Assembly: GCA_963746855.1 (NCBI GenBank)
Contig: CAVVDC010000003.1
Coordinates: 38,289-102,288, forward strand
Direction: 5' to 3'
DNA length: 64,000 nt
Origin: an uncultured Chloroflexia bacterium
GTDB lineage: Bacteria; Chloroflexota; Limnocylindria; Limnocylindrales; CSP1-4
The position numbers and the translations under genes are program-made. The first letter of the stretch is position 1; each line of letters opens with the position of its first letter. Below the pieces are notes generated by a model. That model searched no databases, had not been told where the DNA came from, and saw nothing but the letters and a program-made list of their open reading frames with translations. This document shows positions 55,596 through 64,000 of the stretch, in pieces.

Positions 55596-57904
55596 CCCGC
55601 GGCCGGGAGCGCGATCGCGGCACGCCTCGCACCGAGATCGGTCAGGAGGCGCAGGGCGAGGGCCTTCGCGTCCACGCCCGCCTCCAGCCGCGGACCGGTG
55701 CAGGCCGGGCAGCCGCCGTCGCAGCCGCACGCCTCGATGAGGTCCGCCGCGGCCGCGAGCAGTTCGTCATGCCGGTCCCACAGCCGTTCCGCCAGGCCGA
55801 TGCCACCCGGGACCGACTCGTAGAGGTAGATGGTGGGTTGCTCCGCGTGTGGCGAACGGACCTGGGCGACGAGCCCGAGATCGCGCGGGTCGACCATCAG
55901 CAGCACCGAGGCCACGGTCTGGATCGCCCGCCCGGCGCCGAGCAGCGCGACATCGAGGTCGTCCCGGCGCCAGCCGTCCCGGGCCCGGTCGGCGGTCAGC
56001 CAATACGCCGTCGTCTGGAGCTCGAGCTCGGGCAGGTCGATGGGCCCCCAGCCGACGTTCTCATCGGTCAGGAACTTGAGCTTCTTGAACAGGGTCACGA
56101 GGCTCGCGACCATGACCTCGCCGTGGATCCGCCGCCCGCCCGTGGCCGGGGCCTCCGCGAAGACCTCGAGCGGCTTGAGCGTGACTGCGCGATTGGCGTA
56201 GGTGTAGTGGTCCACGTCGATCCGATGGACGTAGGCCTTGCGCTCGCCCCATTCGAGTCGGTCGACGTAGTACTGGACCGACTCGTGGATGTAGATCGCC
56301 CGCTCGTGGACGAGGACCTGGGCGCTGAAGAGGTCGACCTCGCCGAGGACCCGCGGCCGGTCGGGCGTCGTGTCGATGATGACGACGTTCTCCGGCGCGG
56401 CCGTGCGCAGCGAGATCTCCGAGGCCGGGAAGTTCTCGCTCGACCAGTACCATCGACCGTCGTCCGCCTGGCGGACATGGCGCTCCTCGGCGAGGAACGC
56501 GAGCAGGTCGTCGGCGGGGCCCGGACCGAACCGTTCGCCCGGCTCGAACGGCAGCTCGAAGGTCGCCGCGCGCAGGTGGGCGAGGAGCACGTGCAGGTTG
56601 TCCGGATCGAGGCGGGCTTCCTCGGGCGTGTTGTCGAGCAGGAACTCCGGATGGTGGATGACGTACTGGTCGACCGGGGCCCCCGACGCCACCAGGACGG
56701 CGACGCTGGTCCCGAGCCGTCGCCCGGCACGCCCGAACTGCTGCCACGTGGCCGCGACCGAGCCCGGGTAGCCCGCGAGGATCGCGGCGTCGAGTCGGCC
56801 GATGTCCACCCCGAGCTCGAGCGCGTTCGTCGCGACGACGCCGAGCACCTCGCCGTCGCGCAACCCACGCTCGATCGACCGGCGTTCGGTCGGCAGGTAG
56901 CCGCCCCGATAGCCGCGCACCCGACTGCGTGGTCCGTAACTCTCGCGGAGCGACTCGCGCAGCCCCGTGAGCAGCAGCTCGACCGCGACCCGCGACCGAC
57001 CGAAGACGATCGTCTGGCGTCCAGCCCGCAGGAAGGGGAGGGCCCAGCGCTGGGCGAGCGTGACCGCGGACGCCCGGGCGCCGCTGGCCGGCTCGAGCAC
57101 GGGCGGGTCGACGAGGACGACGTGTCGCTCACCGGCCGGTGCGCCGTTGCGGTCGACGAGTCGGGCGGGTCGTCCGGTGAGCATCGCCGCCAGCTCGCCC
57201 GGGTTCCCGATCGTGGCCGAGCAGCACACGATGACCGGGCGGCTGCCGTAGTGGGCGCAGATCCGGAGGAGCCGCCGGAGGACGTTCGCGACGTGCCCGC
57301 CGAAGACGCCGCGGTACGTGTGCAGCTCGTCGATCACGATGATCTTCAGTTGCTCGAAGAGCTGGAACCACTTGGTGTGGTGAGGCAGGATCGCGGAGTG
57401 GAGCATGTCCGGGTTCGTGACGACGACCTGGCCGGCGGCTCGGACGGCCGAGCGGATCGGGGCCGGCGTGTCGCCGTCGTAGGTCGAGGCCAGGATCGAC
57501 ATCCCGGCCGCCGCCGACAGCTCCCCGAACTCGGCCACCTGGTCCTGGCCGAGGGCCTTGGTCGGGAACAGGAAAAGGGCGCGCGACCCCGGGTCGTCCG
57601 CGATGGCCTGGAGGACCGGGATCGTGTAGCACAGGCTCTTGCCCGACGCGGTCGGCGTGACGATGACGACGTCCTCACCCGCGTGGACGGCCTCGATCGC
57701 TTCGGCCTGGTGGCGATACGGCCGATCGATCCCGCGCATGGCGAGCCCGCTGACGATCCGTGTGTCCAGCCAATCCGGGAACGTGCCGTACTCGGCCGCT
57801 CGAGCGGGAATCACCTCGTGGTGCACGACGCCCCGGGCGAGCGACGGCTCGGCGAGCAGGTTCGCGAGGACGGCGTCGGCGTCGGCAGGGGCGTAGGTGC
57901 GCAT
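55592..57904 (-). CDS. DEAD/DEAH-box (DEXH) helicase with C-terminal DUF1998 zinc-binding domain; MrfA/YprA-like
   Basis: Motif I TPTASGKSL, motif II VIDELH, motif VI QQFGRAGRR, and a C-terminal CGCDGGCPACTG (DUF1998 Cys4). Start at MRTYAPADADAV. Confidence 0.85.
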   Translation of the reverse strand: MRTYAPADADAVLANLLAEPSLARGVVHHEVIPARAAEYGTFPDWLDTRIVSGLAMRGIDRPYRHQAEAIEAVHAGEDVVIVTPTASGKSLCYTIPVLQAIADDPGSRALFLFPTKALGQDQVAEFGELSAAAGMSILASTYDGDTPAPIRSAVRAAGQVVVTNPDMLHSAILPHHTKWFQLFEQLKIIVIDELHTYRGVFGGHVANVLRRLLRICAHYGSRPVIVCCSATIGNPGELAAMLTGRPARLVDRNGAPAGERHVVLVDPPVLEPASGARASAVTLAQRWALPFLRAGRQTIVFGRSRVAVELLLTGLRESLRESYGPRSRVRGYRGGYLPTERRSIERGLRDGEVLGVVATNALELGVDIGRLDAAILAGYPGSVAATWQQFGRAGRRLGTSVAVLVASGAPVDQYVIHHPEFLLDNTPEEARLDPDNLHVLLAHLRAATFELPFEPGERFGPGPADDLLAFLAEERHVRQADDGRWYWSSENFPASEISLRTAAPENVVIIDTTPDRPRVLGEVDLFSAQVLVHERAIYIHESVQYYVDRLEWGERKAYVHRIDVDHYTYANRAVTLKPLEVFAEAPATGGRRIHGEVMVASLVTLFKKLKFLTDENVGWGPIDLPELELQTTAYWLTADRARDGWRRDDLDVALLGAGRAIQTVASVLLMVDPRDLGLVAQVRSPHAEQPTIYLYESVPGGIGLAERLWDRHDELLAAAADLIEACGCDGGCPACTGPRLEAGVDAKALALRLLTDLGARRAAIALPAAG

Positions 57905-57917
57905 CGGGCGGCCTCGA

Positions 57918-57933
57918 TTAGCACAAGTGTTCG
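57918..57933. promoter_or_regulatory. Cheo/SOS-box-like imperfect palindrome TAGCACaagtGTTCGA upstream of the MrfA-like helicase
   Basis: Seen in the AT-richer divergent intergenic region. One mismatch to GAAC-N4-GTTC. Flanked by inverted repeats TGCTGC-N7-GCAGCA (57935-57953) and GTGACAG-N5-CTGTCAC (57969-57987). Confidence 0.3.
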
Positions 57934-58000
57934 ATTGCTGCGAGTCTAGCAGCACCCTCCGGCGTGGATGTGACAGCTCGCCTGTCACGCCCGGCGCGAG

Positions 58001-58029
58001 TTGACACGCCAGCTGACGCTAGCTACCCT
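58001..58029 (+). promoter_or_regulatory. Sigma70-like promoter TTGACA-N17-TACCCT placing the transcription start at or next to ATG 58037 (leaderless mRNA)
   Basis: ttgacacgccagctgacgctagctaccctcgcccggATG. Spacing from the -10 element to the ATG is 7 nt. Confidence 0.4.
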
Positions 58030-58036
58030 CGCCCGG

Positions 58037-58552
58037 ATGCTTCGCCGGCCCGCCCCCATGCCGCCCGACGACCCCGACGCCTTTGACGGATCCGCCCTGT
58101 CCGAAGCCGGCGCCATCGAGGACATCGACGCGCGCGACATCCCGGACCTCTCCACCCTGCCGATCGCGGGGGTCACCCGACGGCATCTGGCCGGCCTGAT
58201 CGGCGTGCTGGTGGCGGTCTGGGTGGTGATCGTCTTCGCCCGGCAGGTGGGGGAGGCGCAAGCCGCCGCCTCACGCGCCGAGACGCTCGCGAGCGACAAC
58301 GCGGCGCGGACCGTCGTGGTCGAGGGCCTGGCCCGGGAGCTCGCGCAGATCCAGCGCCAGCCGTACGTCGAGCAGCAGGCCCGGGGCTACCGCCTGGGCG
58401 GGACCAAGGAGATCCCGTTCACGCTCGCCGACGATACGCCGCCGCTGCCCGATGACGCTCCCGGTTCCGCGAGCGTGCGACTCGGTGCCGACCGGTCGCG
58501 GGTGTCCCCGCTCGAGCGCTGGCTCACGCTGCTCTTCGGCCCCACGGACTGA
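58037..58552 (+). CDS. Septum-formation initiator family protein (FtsB/DivIC-like)
   Basis: Single TM (LAGLIGVLVAVWVVIVFA) followed by a coiled-coil (QVGEAQAAASRAETLASDNAARTVVVEGLARELAQIQ) and a C-terminal beta region, the FtsB-like architecture. Confidence 0.55.
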   Translation: MLRRPAPMPPDDPDAFDGSALSEAGAIEDIDARDIPDLSTLPIAGVTRRHLAGLIGVLVAVWVVIVFARQVGEAQAAASRAETLASDNAARTVVVEGLARELAQIQRQPYVEQQARGYRLGGTKEIPFTLADDTPPLPDDAPGSASVRLGADRSRVSPLERWLTLLFGPTD

Positions 58553-58651
58553 CGGCGGCCGCCCGGCGATACCCCTCGTCGCGGAGCTCGCCGACCGCTA
58601 TCCTGTCGGTCCCGGTCGTTCGACCGGTGGGAGAGGGGTCGTGGGCGTCCG

Positions 58652-59218
58652 ATGATCGACATCCCGGTCGAGGATCTCGTCTTCGTCGTCTGCACCCTCG
58701 TGGGCGGCGCCCTGCTCCTGATCACGGTCGTCGTCGACGACATCCTGGGGTCGGTCTTCGACTTCGACATCGGCGGCGTGTCGCTGATGCCGCTCCTCCT
58801 CTCGTTCGTGTCGATGTTCGGCGTGGGCGGGCTGTTCGCCACTCAGGTCCTCGATGTCCACGGTGGACAGGCCGCGCTCGTCGGTGCCGCCTTCGGCCTC
58901 GCCGGCCTTGCCGTGGCCTACGGCCTCTTCAGCATCCTCCGCCGCGCCGAGGCCGAGACGCCCTTCTCGACGAGCGACCTCATCGGCGACGACGCCTTCG
59001 TCTCGGTGGGCATCCCCGCGGGACGGTACGGCAGCGTGCTCGTCAAGAAAGAGGGCCAGACCCATGAGTTCAGCGCGACCTCGACCCACGAGATCGCGTC
59101 CGGGACGACGGCCCGGGTGACCGGCGTCGCCGGTGCCGGCCTGATCGTGGAACCCATCCCCGAGCCGGGCGGACCAGTGGCGGCCAGCGCCGACCAGGGA
59201 GGGACCGAGCGTGCCTGA
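58652..59218 (+). CDS. NfeD-family membrane protein (OB-fold, flotillin partner)
   Basis: Three TM helices then a C-terminal OB-fold (DAFVSVGIPAGRYGSVLVKKEGQTHEFSATS). Overlaps the flotillin start by 8 nt. Confidence 0.75.
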   Translation: MIDIPVEDLVFVVCTLVGGALLLITVVVDDILGSVFDFDIGGVSLMPLLLSFVSMFGVGGLFATQVLDVHGGQAALVGAAFGLAGLAVAYGLFSILRRAEAETPFSTSDLIGDDAFVSVGIPAGRYGSVLVKKEGQTHEFSATSTHEIASGTTARVTGVAGAGLIVEPIPEPGGPVAASADQGGTERA

Positions 59219-61310
59219 CATCTTCTCGTTCATCGGCGGCGGGGTGATCCCGATCTTCCTGATCGTCATCATCGTGGTCCTCATCGTCAGCTACATCGGC
59301 AGCCGCTACAAGGTCGCGGGCGCGAACGAGGCCCTCATCGTCAGCGGCCAGCGCGCCAGGGGACCCGACGGGACGCGAAACCTCAAGGTCGTGCGCGGTG
59401 GCGGGGTCATCGTCCTGCCGCTCCTCAACAAGGTCGGCAAGCTCAAGCTGACCGCACGACAGATCAACGTGGCCCTCGCCGACGCCGTCACTCGCCAGGG
59501 CATCAAGGTGGCGGTCCAGGGTGTCGCGACGTTCAAGATCGGCGCCGACGACGAGTCGATCCGCAACGCCGCCGAACGGTTCCTCGAAGCCCGCGACGAG
59601 GAGGTCGACTCGATCGTCAAGAACGTCCTCGAGGGCTCGCTGCGGTCTATCGTCGGCACGCTGACCGTTGAGGAACTCAACCTCGACCGACAGAAGTTCC
59701 AGCAGGCCGTGCAGGACGCCGCACGCGGCGACCTTGCGACATCCGGACTGCAGATCGACTCGTTCACGATCCAGGCCATCCGCGACGAGTCCGGCTATAT
59801 GGAGCTCATCGGCCAGCAGGAGACCGCCCGCCGCGAGCGCGACGCCCGCATGGCCAAGGCCGCCGCCGACCAGGAGGCTGCGGTCCGGGAGGCCGAGGCG
59901 GAGCAGGTCAAGATCAACGCGGCACGGGACGTGTCGCTGCGCCGCGCGGAGACCGAGACGCAGACCGCGGCCGCGCAGGCCCGGGCCGCGCAGTCCGGTC
60001 CACTCGCCGAGGCCGAGGCGACCCAGGAGGTCACCCGCAAGCAGACGGAGCTCGCCCAGCTGGAGGCCGCCCGCAAGGAACAGGAGCTCCTGACCAGCAT
60101 CGTCCGACCCGCCGAAGCGGATGCGGCCGCGCAAGTCCGCCGGGCCGAAGGTGAGAAGGCGGCCCGCATCGCCCAGGCCCAGGCCGAGGCGGAGCGGGTG
60201 AAGCTGGCCGGCTCGGCCGAGGCCGCGGTCACCGTCACCAAGGGCGAGGCGCAGGCCAAGGTCGTGTCCGTCAACGCGACCGCCGAGGCCCAACGGACGA
60301 CCCTCGAGGGCAACGCCGAGGCCGGCATCACGTTCACCAAGGGCGAGGCCGAGGCCAAGGCCCTGGCCCTCCGCGCGGAGGCCTATCGCCAGTTCAACGA
60401 GGCGGCGATCATCCAGACGGTGCTCTCGATGCTGCCGGACATCGTGCGGGCGGCCGCTGAACCGATGGGCAACATCGACAGCCTCACCGTCCTCTCGACC
60501 GACGGTGCGTCCGACGTCGTCAAGAACGTCACGCGGACCGTCACCGAGGCGAGCGCCACGGTCAAGGGTCTCACCGGCATCGACATCCCCGAGCTGCTCA
60601 ACAAGGCCGTCGGCAACACGGAAGCGGACGAGGGTCCGTCCAGCGGAACGTCGAGGTCGCCCCGACGCGGTGGTTCGGGCGGTTCCGGCGGTTCCGGTGG
60701 GACGGGCGGACGGCGCGCCCCCGCTCGGCCTGGTCCAGCGGCGGGCACCGCGCCGGCGCCGGCCTCGGCGACTTCGACCACCCCGCCGCCCCAGGAGCCG
60801 GCCTGGGGCTCGCGTCCACCGACCCCATCGACGCCGGCGGTCCCCGCGCCCGCGGCGACCGCATCGCTTCCGCCGCCGGCGACACCCTCCTCGACGCCGC
60901 CACAGTTCGACGGCCCCGAGGCCGTCGACGCGGCACTCGCCGACGCGGACGAGGCTATCCGTAAGGCGAGCGCGACGGTGTCCGAGGCCGCCAAGGCGCG
61001 GACCGACACCGCGGCGGGACCGGCTCGCCCGTCGCGCGCGACCCTGGAGGCGGCCGGCCTGGACGCCGCCGGCATGACCCGTGAGACGACCCTCGACGAG
61101 GCCGCTCGGCGACTCGCCACCGAACTCCGAGCCGTCCCCGGCATCGAGCGGTTCGGCGCGCTCCGCCTGGCCGATCTCGAGAGCGGCGGCCCTCGACCGC
61201 TGCGCACGATTTGGCGCATCGCGCGTGGCCAGCTCGACGAGCCGTTCGGCGGGTTGACGATCGGGGAGCTCATCGACCGATACGGTGGCGACGACCTCCC
61301 AGCAAGCTGA
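59211..61310 (+). CDS. Flotillin-family SPFH/band-7 protein (FloT/YuaG-like) with long Pro/Ser/Ala-rich C-terminal extension
   Basis: N-terminal TM, SPFH domain (ALIVSGQR...VLPLLNKV...), and a long Ala/Glu/Gln coiled-coil (flotillin repeats). A Gly/Ser/Pro-rich segment (GGSGGSGGSGGTGG...PPQEPAWGSRPPTPSTPAVPAPA) precedes a short globular C-terminus. Confidence 0.9.
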   Translation: MPDIFSFIGGGVIPIFLIVIIVVLIVSYIGSRYKVAGANEALIVSGQRARGPDGTRNLKVVRGGGVIVLPLLNKVGKLKLTARQINVALADAVTRQGIKVAVQGVATFKIGADDESIRNAAERFLEARDEEVDSIVKNVLEGSLRSIVGTLTVEELNLDRQKFQQAVQDAARGDLATSGLQIDSFTIQAIRDESGYMELIGQQETARRERDARMAKAAADQEAAVREAEAEQVKINAARDVSLRRAETETQTAAAQARAAQSGPLAEAEATQEVTRKQTELAQLEAARKEQELLTSIVRPAEADAAAQVRRAEGEKAARIAQAQAEAERVKLAGSAEAAVTVTKGEAQAKVVSVNATAEAQRTTLEGNAEAGITFTKGEAEAKALALRAEAYRQFNEAAIIQTVLSMLPDIVRAAAEPMGNIDSLTVLSTDGASDVVKNVTRTVTEASATVKGLTGIDIPELLNKAVGNTEADEGPSSGTSRSPRRGGSGGSGGSGGTGGRRAPARPGPAAGTAPAPASATSTTPPPQEPAWGSRPPTPSTPAVPAPAATASLPPPATPSSTPPQFDGPEAVDAALADADEAIRKASATVSEAAKARTDTAAGPARPSRATLEAAGLDAAGMTRETTLDEAARRLATELRAVPGIERFGALRLADLESGGPRPLRTIWRIARGQLDEPFGGLTIGELIDRYGGDDLPAS
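61246..61300 (+). repeat. Copy A of an imperfect direct repeat, about 41-50 bp (3' end of the flotillin ORF)
   Basis: ttcggcgggttgacgatcggggagctcatcgaccgatacggtggcgac matches 61861-61915 (about 36/41 identical). Confidence 0.6.
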
Positions 61311-61326
61311 CGCTCGCGAGATCGAC

Positions 61327-61839
61327 ATGGACGATCGGGCTCGGCCGGCGCGCTCGGAATACGCGCGGTTGCTCGCCGAGAACCAGCGCTACACGGAGTC
61401 GTTCGACCGGTCGGCGCTGACCGCAGCGCCGCTCAGCGGACTAGTCATCGTCGCCTGCATGGACGCCCGCCTCGATGTCGAAGAGGCGCTCGGCCTTCGG
61501 ACCGGCGACGCGCACATCGTCCGAAATGCCGGCGGCCTCGCGACCGACGATGCGATCCGCTCGGTGATCGTCAGCCAGCAGCTCCTGGGCACCGATGAGG
61601 TCGTGGTCATCGGCCACACCCGATGTGGGCTCCTCGGAGCGGACGAGGCGGCGATGCGCGAGAAGCTCGCCGCCGCCACGGGCACGACCATCGACCTCGC
61701 CTTCGGCTCGTTCGGCGACCTGGAGGCGGCGATCCGCTGGTCGCTCGATCGCCTGCGCGCCCACCCGTGGGTCCGTGCTGACGGCGTCCATGGCCTGATC
61801 TTCGACGTCGAGACCGGGCGGCTCCACGAGGTCGGCTGA
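61327..61839 (+). CDS. Beta-class carbonic anhydrase
   Basis: CMDAR and HTRCG zinc-ligand motifs. Start at MDDRARPARSEY. Confidence 0.85.
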   Translation: MDDRARPARSEYARLLAENQRYTESFDRSALTAAPLSGLVIVACMDARLDVEEALGLRTGDAHIVRNAGGLATDDAIRSVIVSQQLLGTDEVVVIGHTRCGLLGADEAAMREKLAAATGTTIDLAFGSFGDLEAAIRWSLDRLRAHPWVRADGVHGLIFDVETGRLHEVG

Positions 61840-61860
61840 GCGCGAGTCGCATCAACCTCC

Positions 61861-61915
61861 AAGGCTCGGCGGCCTGACGATCGGCGAGCTCATCGATCGA
61901 TACGGCAACGGGGGC
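61861..61915 (+). repeat. Copy B of the direct repeat; orphan duplicate of the flotillin C-terminal coding segment (encodes GLTIGELIDRYG)
   Basis: ctcggcggcctgacgatcggcgagctcatcgatcgatacggcaacggg. Lies 22 bp downstream of the carbonic anhydrase stop, in no credible gene. Confidence 0.6.
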
Positions 61916-62042
61916 CAACCGGCTGACGGCTTGGCCCGTCATACCATTCGAGGGACGTTTGCCTCTTTCCTCCGGGGCCTGCTTGCCGTAGGCTCCCGTC
62001 CTCGACTCGGGGTCGGCCCGCGTCCGCTCGGGGTGTCCACAC

Positions 62043-63861
62043 TTGGCTGTCACATCGGAGACCGCAGCCGCTGTCGGCGCAGTCCACGTCCTTCGGCCCG
62101 GCCGCGGGGCTCGGCGGTTCGTGCTCGGCGCCCTCATCGGGGTCGTGCTCGTCCTGCTGGGACTGATCGCGTACCGCCAGTCGTATGACGGCCGGATCAT
62201 GCCGGGCGTCCAGGTGGGCGGGGTCGACGTCAGCGGGCTGAGCCCGGGTGAGGCGCGGGAGGCCCTCGTCGCCGCCTTCGGGCCGCTCGAGGACGGCGCC
62301 ATCACCGTGCACTCCGAGGCCGGCGACGTGGTGCTGCCCTACGACCGGCTCGGGCGATCGGTCGACATCGACGCGATGGTCGACCGCGCCGCGGCGGTCG
62401 GACGCGGCGGTACGCGGTTCGCCGAAACCGTCGCCGGACTGCGGCTGCTCGTGGACCCGGTGACCGTGGCGCCCATCCTCAGCTTCGACCGCCAACGCGT
62501 CGACGACGCGCTGGCCGCCTACCGCAACTGGATGGCGCGCACGCCCATCGATGCCGATATCCGCGACACCAAGCTCGGCTACGTGATCAAGCCGGCGGCC
62601 GACGGGGTGCAGGTCGACACGACGGCGGATCGCGCCGGCCATCGAGACGGCGCTCATGGACCCGGCCGCACCGGCTTCGATCGTGCTGAATGCCACGGCC
62701 TCACCGGTGACGCCGACCATCACGAATACCGATGCCTGGCGGGCACGCTCGATGGCCGAGCGGGTCGCCGCCGACCTCATCCTGGAGAAGGGCAAGAAGA
62801 CCTGGAAGATCAAGGCCGCGCAGATCCGGTCCTGGATTACGTTCTCGGGCCTTGGTGCCGGGTATGCCCCGCATGTCGATCCTGCTGGCGTGCCGGCCGC
62901 GCTCAAGAAGGCCGCCAAGGACCTCAAGCGCAAGCCGACGGAGGCGAAGTACCTCAAGACCCGGTCCGGGAAGGTCTTCGGCGTCAGCGCCTCGAGCCTC
63001 GGTCGGGGCCTCGATCCCAAGGCGACGGCCGCCGCGGTCGTCGCGGCCCTCGACGCGCGTGCCGCCGCACCCGACGAGGAGATCGAGGACGGGCCCGTGA
63101 CGGTCGCCACGATGACCCTCGCGCCCAAGCTCTCGACCGACGAGGCCAAGCAGAAGGCCCCCGTCATGGACCTGCTGGGCAGCTGGACGACGCACTACCA
63201 GTCGAGCGCCCACAATGGGTTCTCCGCGAACATCTCGATCCCCGCGCGACGTCTCGATGGCGTCGTCATCAAGCCCGGCCAGGTGTTCGACTTCTGGAAG
63301 GCCATCGGTGAGGTGAGCTTCCGTACCGGCTATCGGCTGGGCGGGGCGATCGTCGGCGGGCACTCGGTCGAGGGCAAGGCCCTCGCGGGCGGCATCTGCG
63401 CCACCTCGACGACGATGTTCAACGCAGCCGCGCGGAGCGGGCTCCAGATGCTGACCCGATCGCCGCACTGGTACTACATCACTCGCTATCCGCTCGGCCT
63501 CGACGCGACGGTCTCCGGCTCGCAGACCATGCGCTTCCGCAACGACACGAAGTACCCGATCCTCATCAAGTCCGCCGCGTCGCCGGGCTACGTCCACTTC
63601 GAGCTGTGGAGCGTGCCGAACGGCCGGCGCGTCACGTGGAGCCGGCCCCGCGTCAGCAACGTGGTCGGCGGCTTCGACACGGTCAGGAAGACCTCGTCGC
63701 TCCGCCGGGGCCAGCGAGAACGGATCGAGTGGCCGGTCGACGGCAAGGACGTCTCGATCTCACGGACCGTCCGCGACGCGAACGGGCGGGTCATCCATCG
63801 GGACACCTGGGTGTCGCACTACCACCGCATGGTGGGCGTGACCCTCGTCGGCACGGGATAG
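62043..63861 (+). pseudogene. VanW-family protein (N-terminal TM + PG-binding region + VanW domain) with single-base frameshift at about 62637-62640
   Basis: ORF 62043..63311 carries the TM (FVLGALIGVVLVLLGLIAY) and ...IMPGVQVGGVDVSGLSPGEAREAL... then junk after VDTTADRAG. ORF 62656..63861 (+1 frame) carries the remaining protein, including the VanW core ...HSVEGKALAGGICATSTTMFNAAARSGL... The junction lies in a gccggcc run. Confidence 0.7.
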
Positions 63862-63912
63862 CGCCCTCGGCCGGTTGGCGAACCACCGGGTCGGCGATAG
63901 AATTGCCCGCAC

Positions 63913-63987
63913 GGCGGAGTAGCTCAGTGGTAGAGCAGGGGACTCATAAGCCCTTGGTCGGTGGTTCAAATCCGCCCTCCGCTACCA
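63913..63987 (+). tRNA. tRNA-Met (anticodon CAU; elongator type; Ile2/lysidine tRNA not excluded)
   Basis: GGCGGAGTAGCTCAGTGGTAGAGCAGGGGACTCATAAGCCCTTGGTCGGTGGTTCAAATCCGCCCTCCGCTACCA. 7-bp acceptor stem, GTGG D-loop, CTCATAA anticodon loop, GGTTCAAATCC T-arm, encoded CCA. There is one A-G mismatch at the base of the anticodon stem. Confidence 0.8.
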
Positions 63988-64000
63988 CGACCACCCAACA

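Noticed and set aside
52924-55632. 902-aa minus-strand ORF and several 300-800-aa ORFs rich in Arg/Pro/Gly (e.g. 21512..23986 -, 22456..24429 +, 55322..57949 +)
   Set aside because: These are characteristic out-of-frame or antisense translations of a 70% GC genome. They overlap genes with clear domain signatures and have no motifs.
57905-58036. Mobile-element remnant in the AT-richer gap between the helicase and the ftsB-like gene
   Set aside because: Only short inverted repeats are present. There are no terminal repeats of a known IS, no transposase and no target duplication. It is better explained as a regulatory region.
63913-63987. Initiator tRNA-fMet assignment for the CAU tRNA
   Set aside because: The acceptor stem begins G1-U72 and lacks the 1-72 mismatch and the three G-C pairs in the anticodon stem typical of initiators. 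Called elongator Met, with tRNA-Ile2 not excludable.

Overview
High-GC (about 70%) bacterial chromosomal segment, gene-dense on both strands, with a mostly housekeeping content. The synteny (fhaA-fhaB-rodA-pbpA, DUF4446, MoxR-DUF58-transglutaminase, F420-associated-type metalloprotease, leaderless-looking starts) points to an Actinomycetota-like lineage. Recognisable blocks: the valS 3' end, a GH13 alpha-glucosidase, an FHA/SEDS/PBP cell-wall module that lacks the usual pstP/pknAB partners, a MoxR-DUF58-TgpA triad, a serC-like/serA/histidine-phosphatase operon, a VapBC-like toxin-antitoxin pair, murJ, rarA, and a UvrD-type helicase fused to a RecB-family nuclease. These are followed by an M20 amidohydrolase/ureohydrolase/methyltransferase operon, an orphan REC-MinD (CpaE-like) protein, murI and ychF, and a LacI-controlled myo-inositol catabolic cluster (ABC transporter, iolG, iolE, iolD, transaldolase-like, iolB). 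The window ends with a MrfAB-like DEXH-helicase/DUF1998 plus DEDDh-exonuclease pair, a NfeD-flotillin operon, a beta-carbonic anhydrase, VanW and a tRNA-Met(CAU). The most unusual items are a 679-aa protein built from two zinc-ribbon modules around about 500 aa of PEPVVEP-type tandem repeats, a cluster of small zinc-ribbon/HTH proteins, and the carbonic anhydrase gene sitting between duplicated copies of the flotillin 3' end. The inositol locus shows multiple single-base indels: three in the substrate-binding protein and one in iolE. Similar indel-type anomalies elsewhere (VanW, the FmdB-like gene, the methyltransferase start) suggest either real gene decay or homopolymer-type assembly errors. 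No rRNA, CRISPR array, transposase or integrase was recognised. Long antisense and out-of-frame ORFs in the track are mostly GC-driven artefacts. Start coordinates were derived from the ORF track plus residue counting. Positions read directly from the sequence text may be off by 1 nt.
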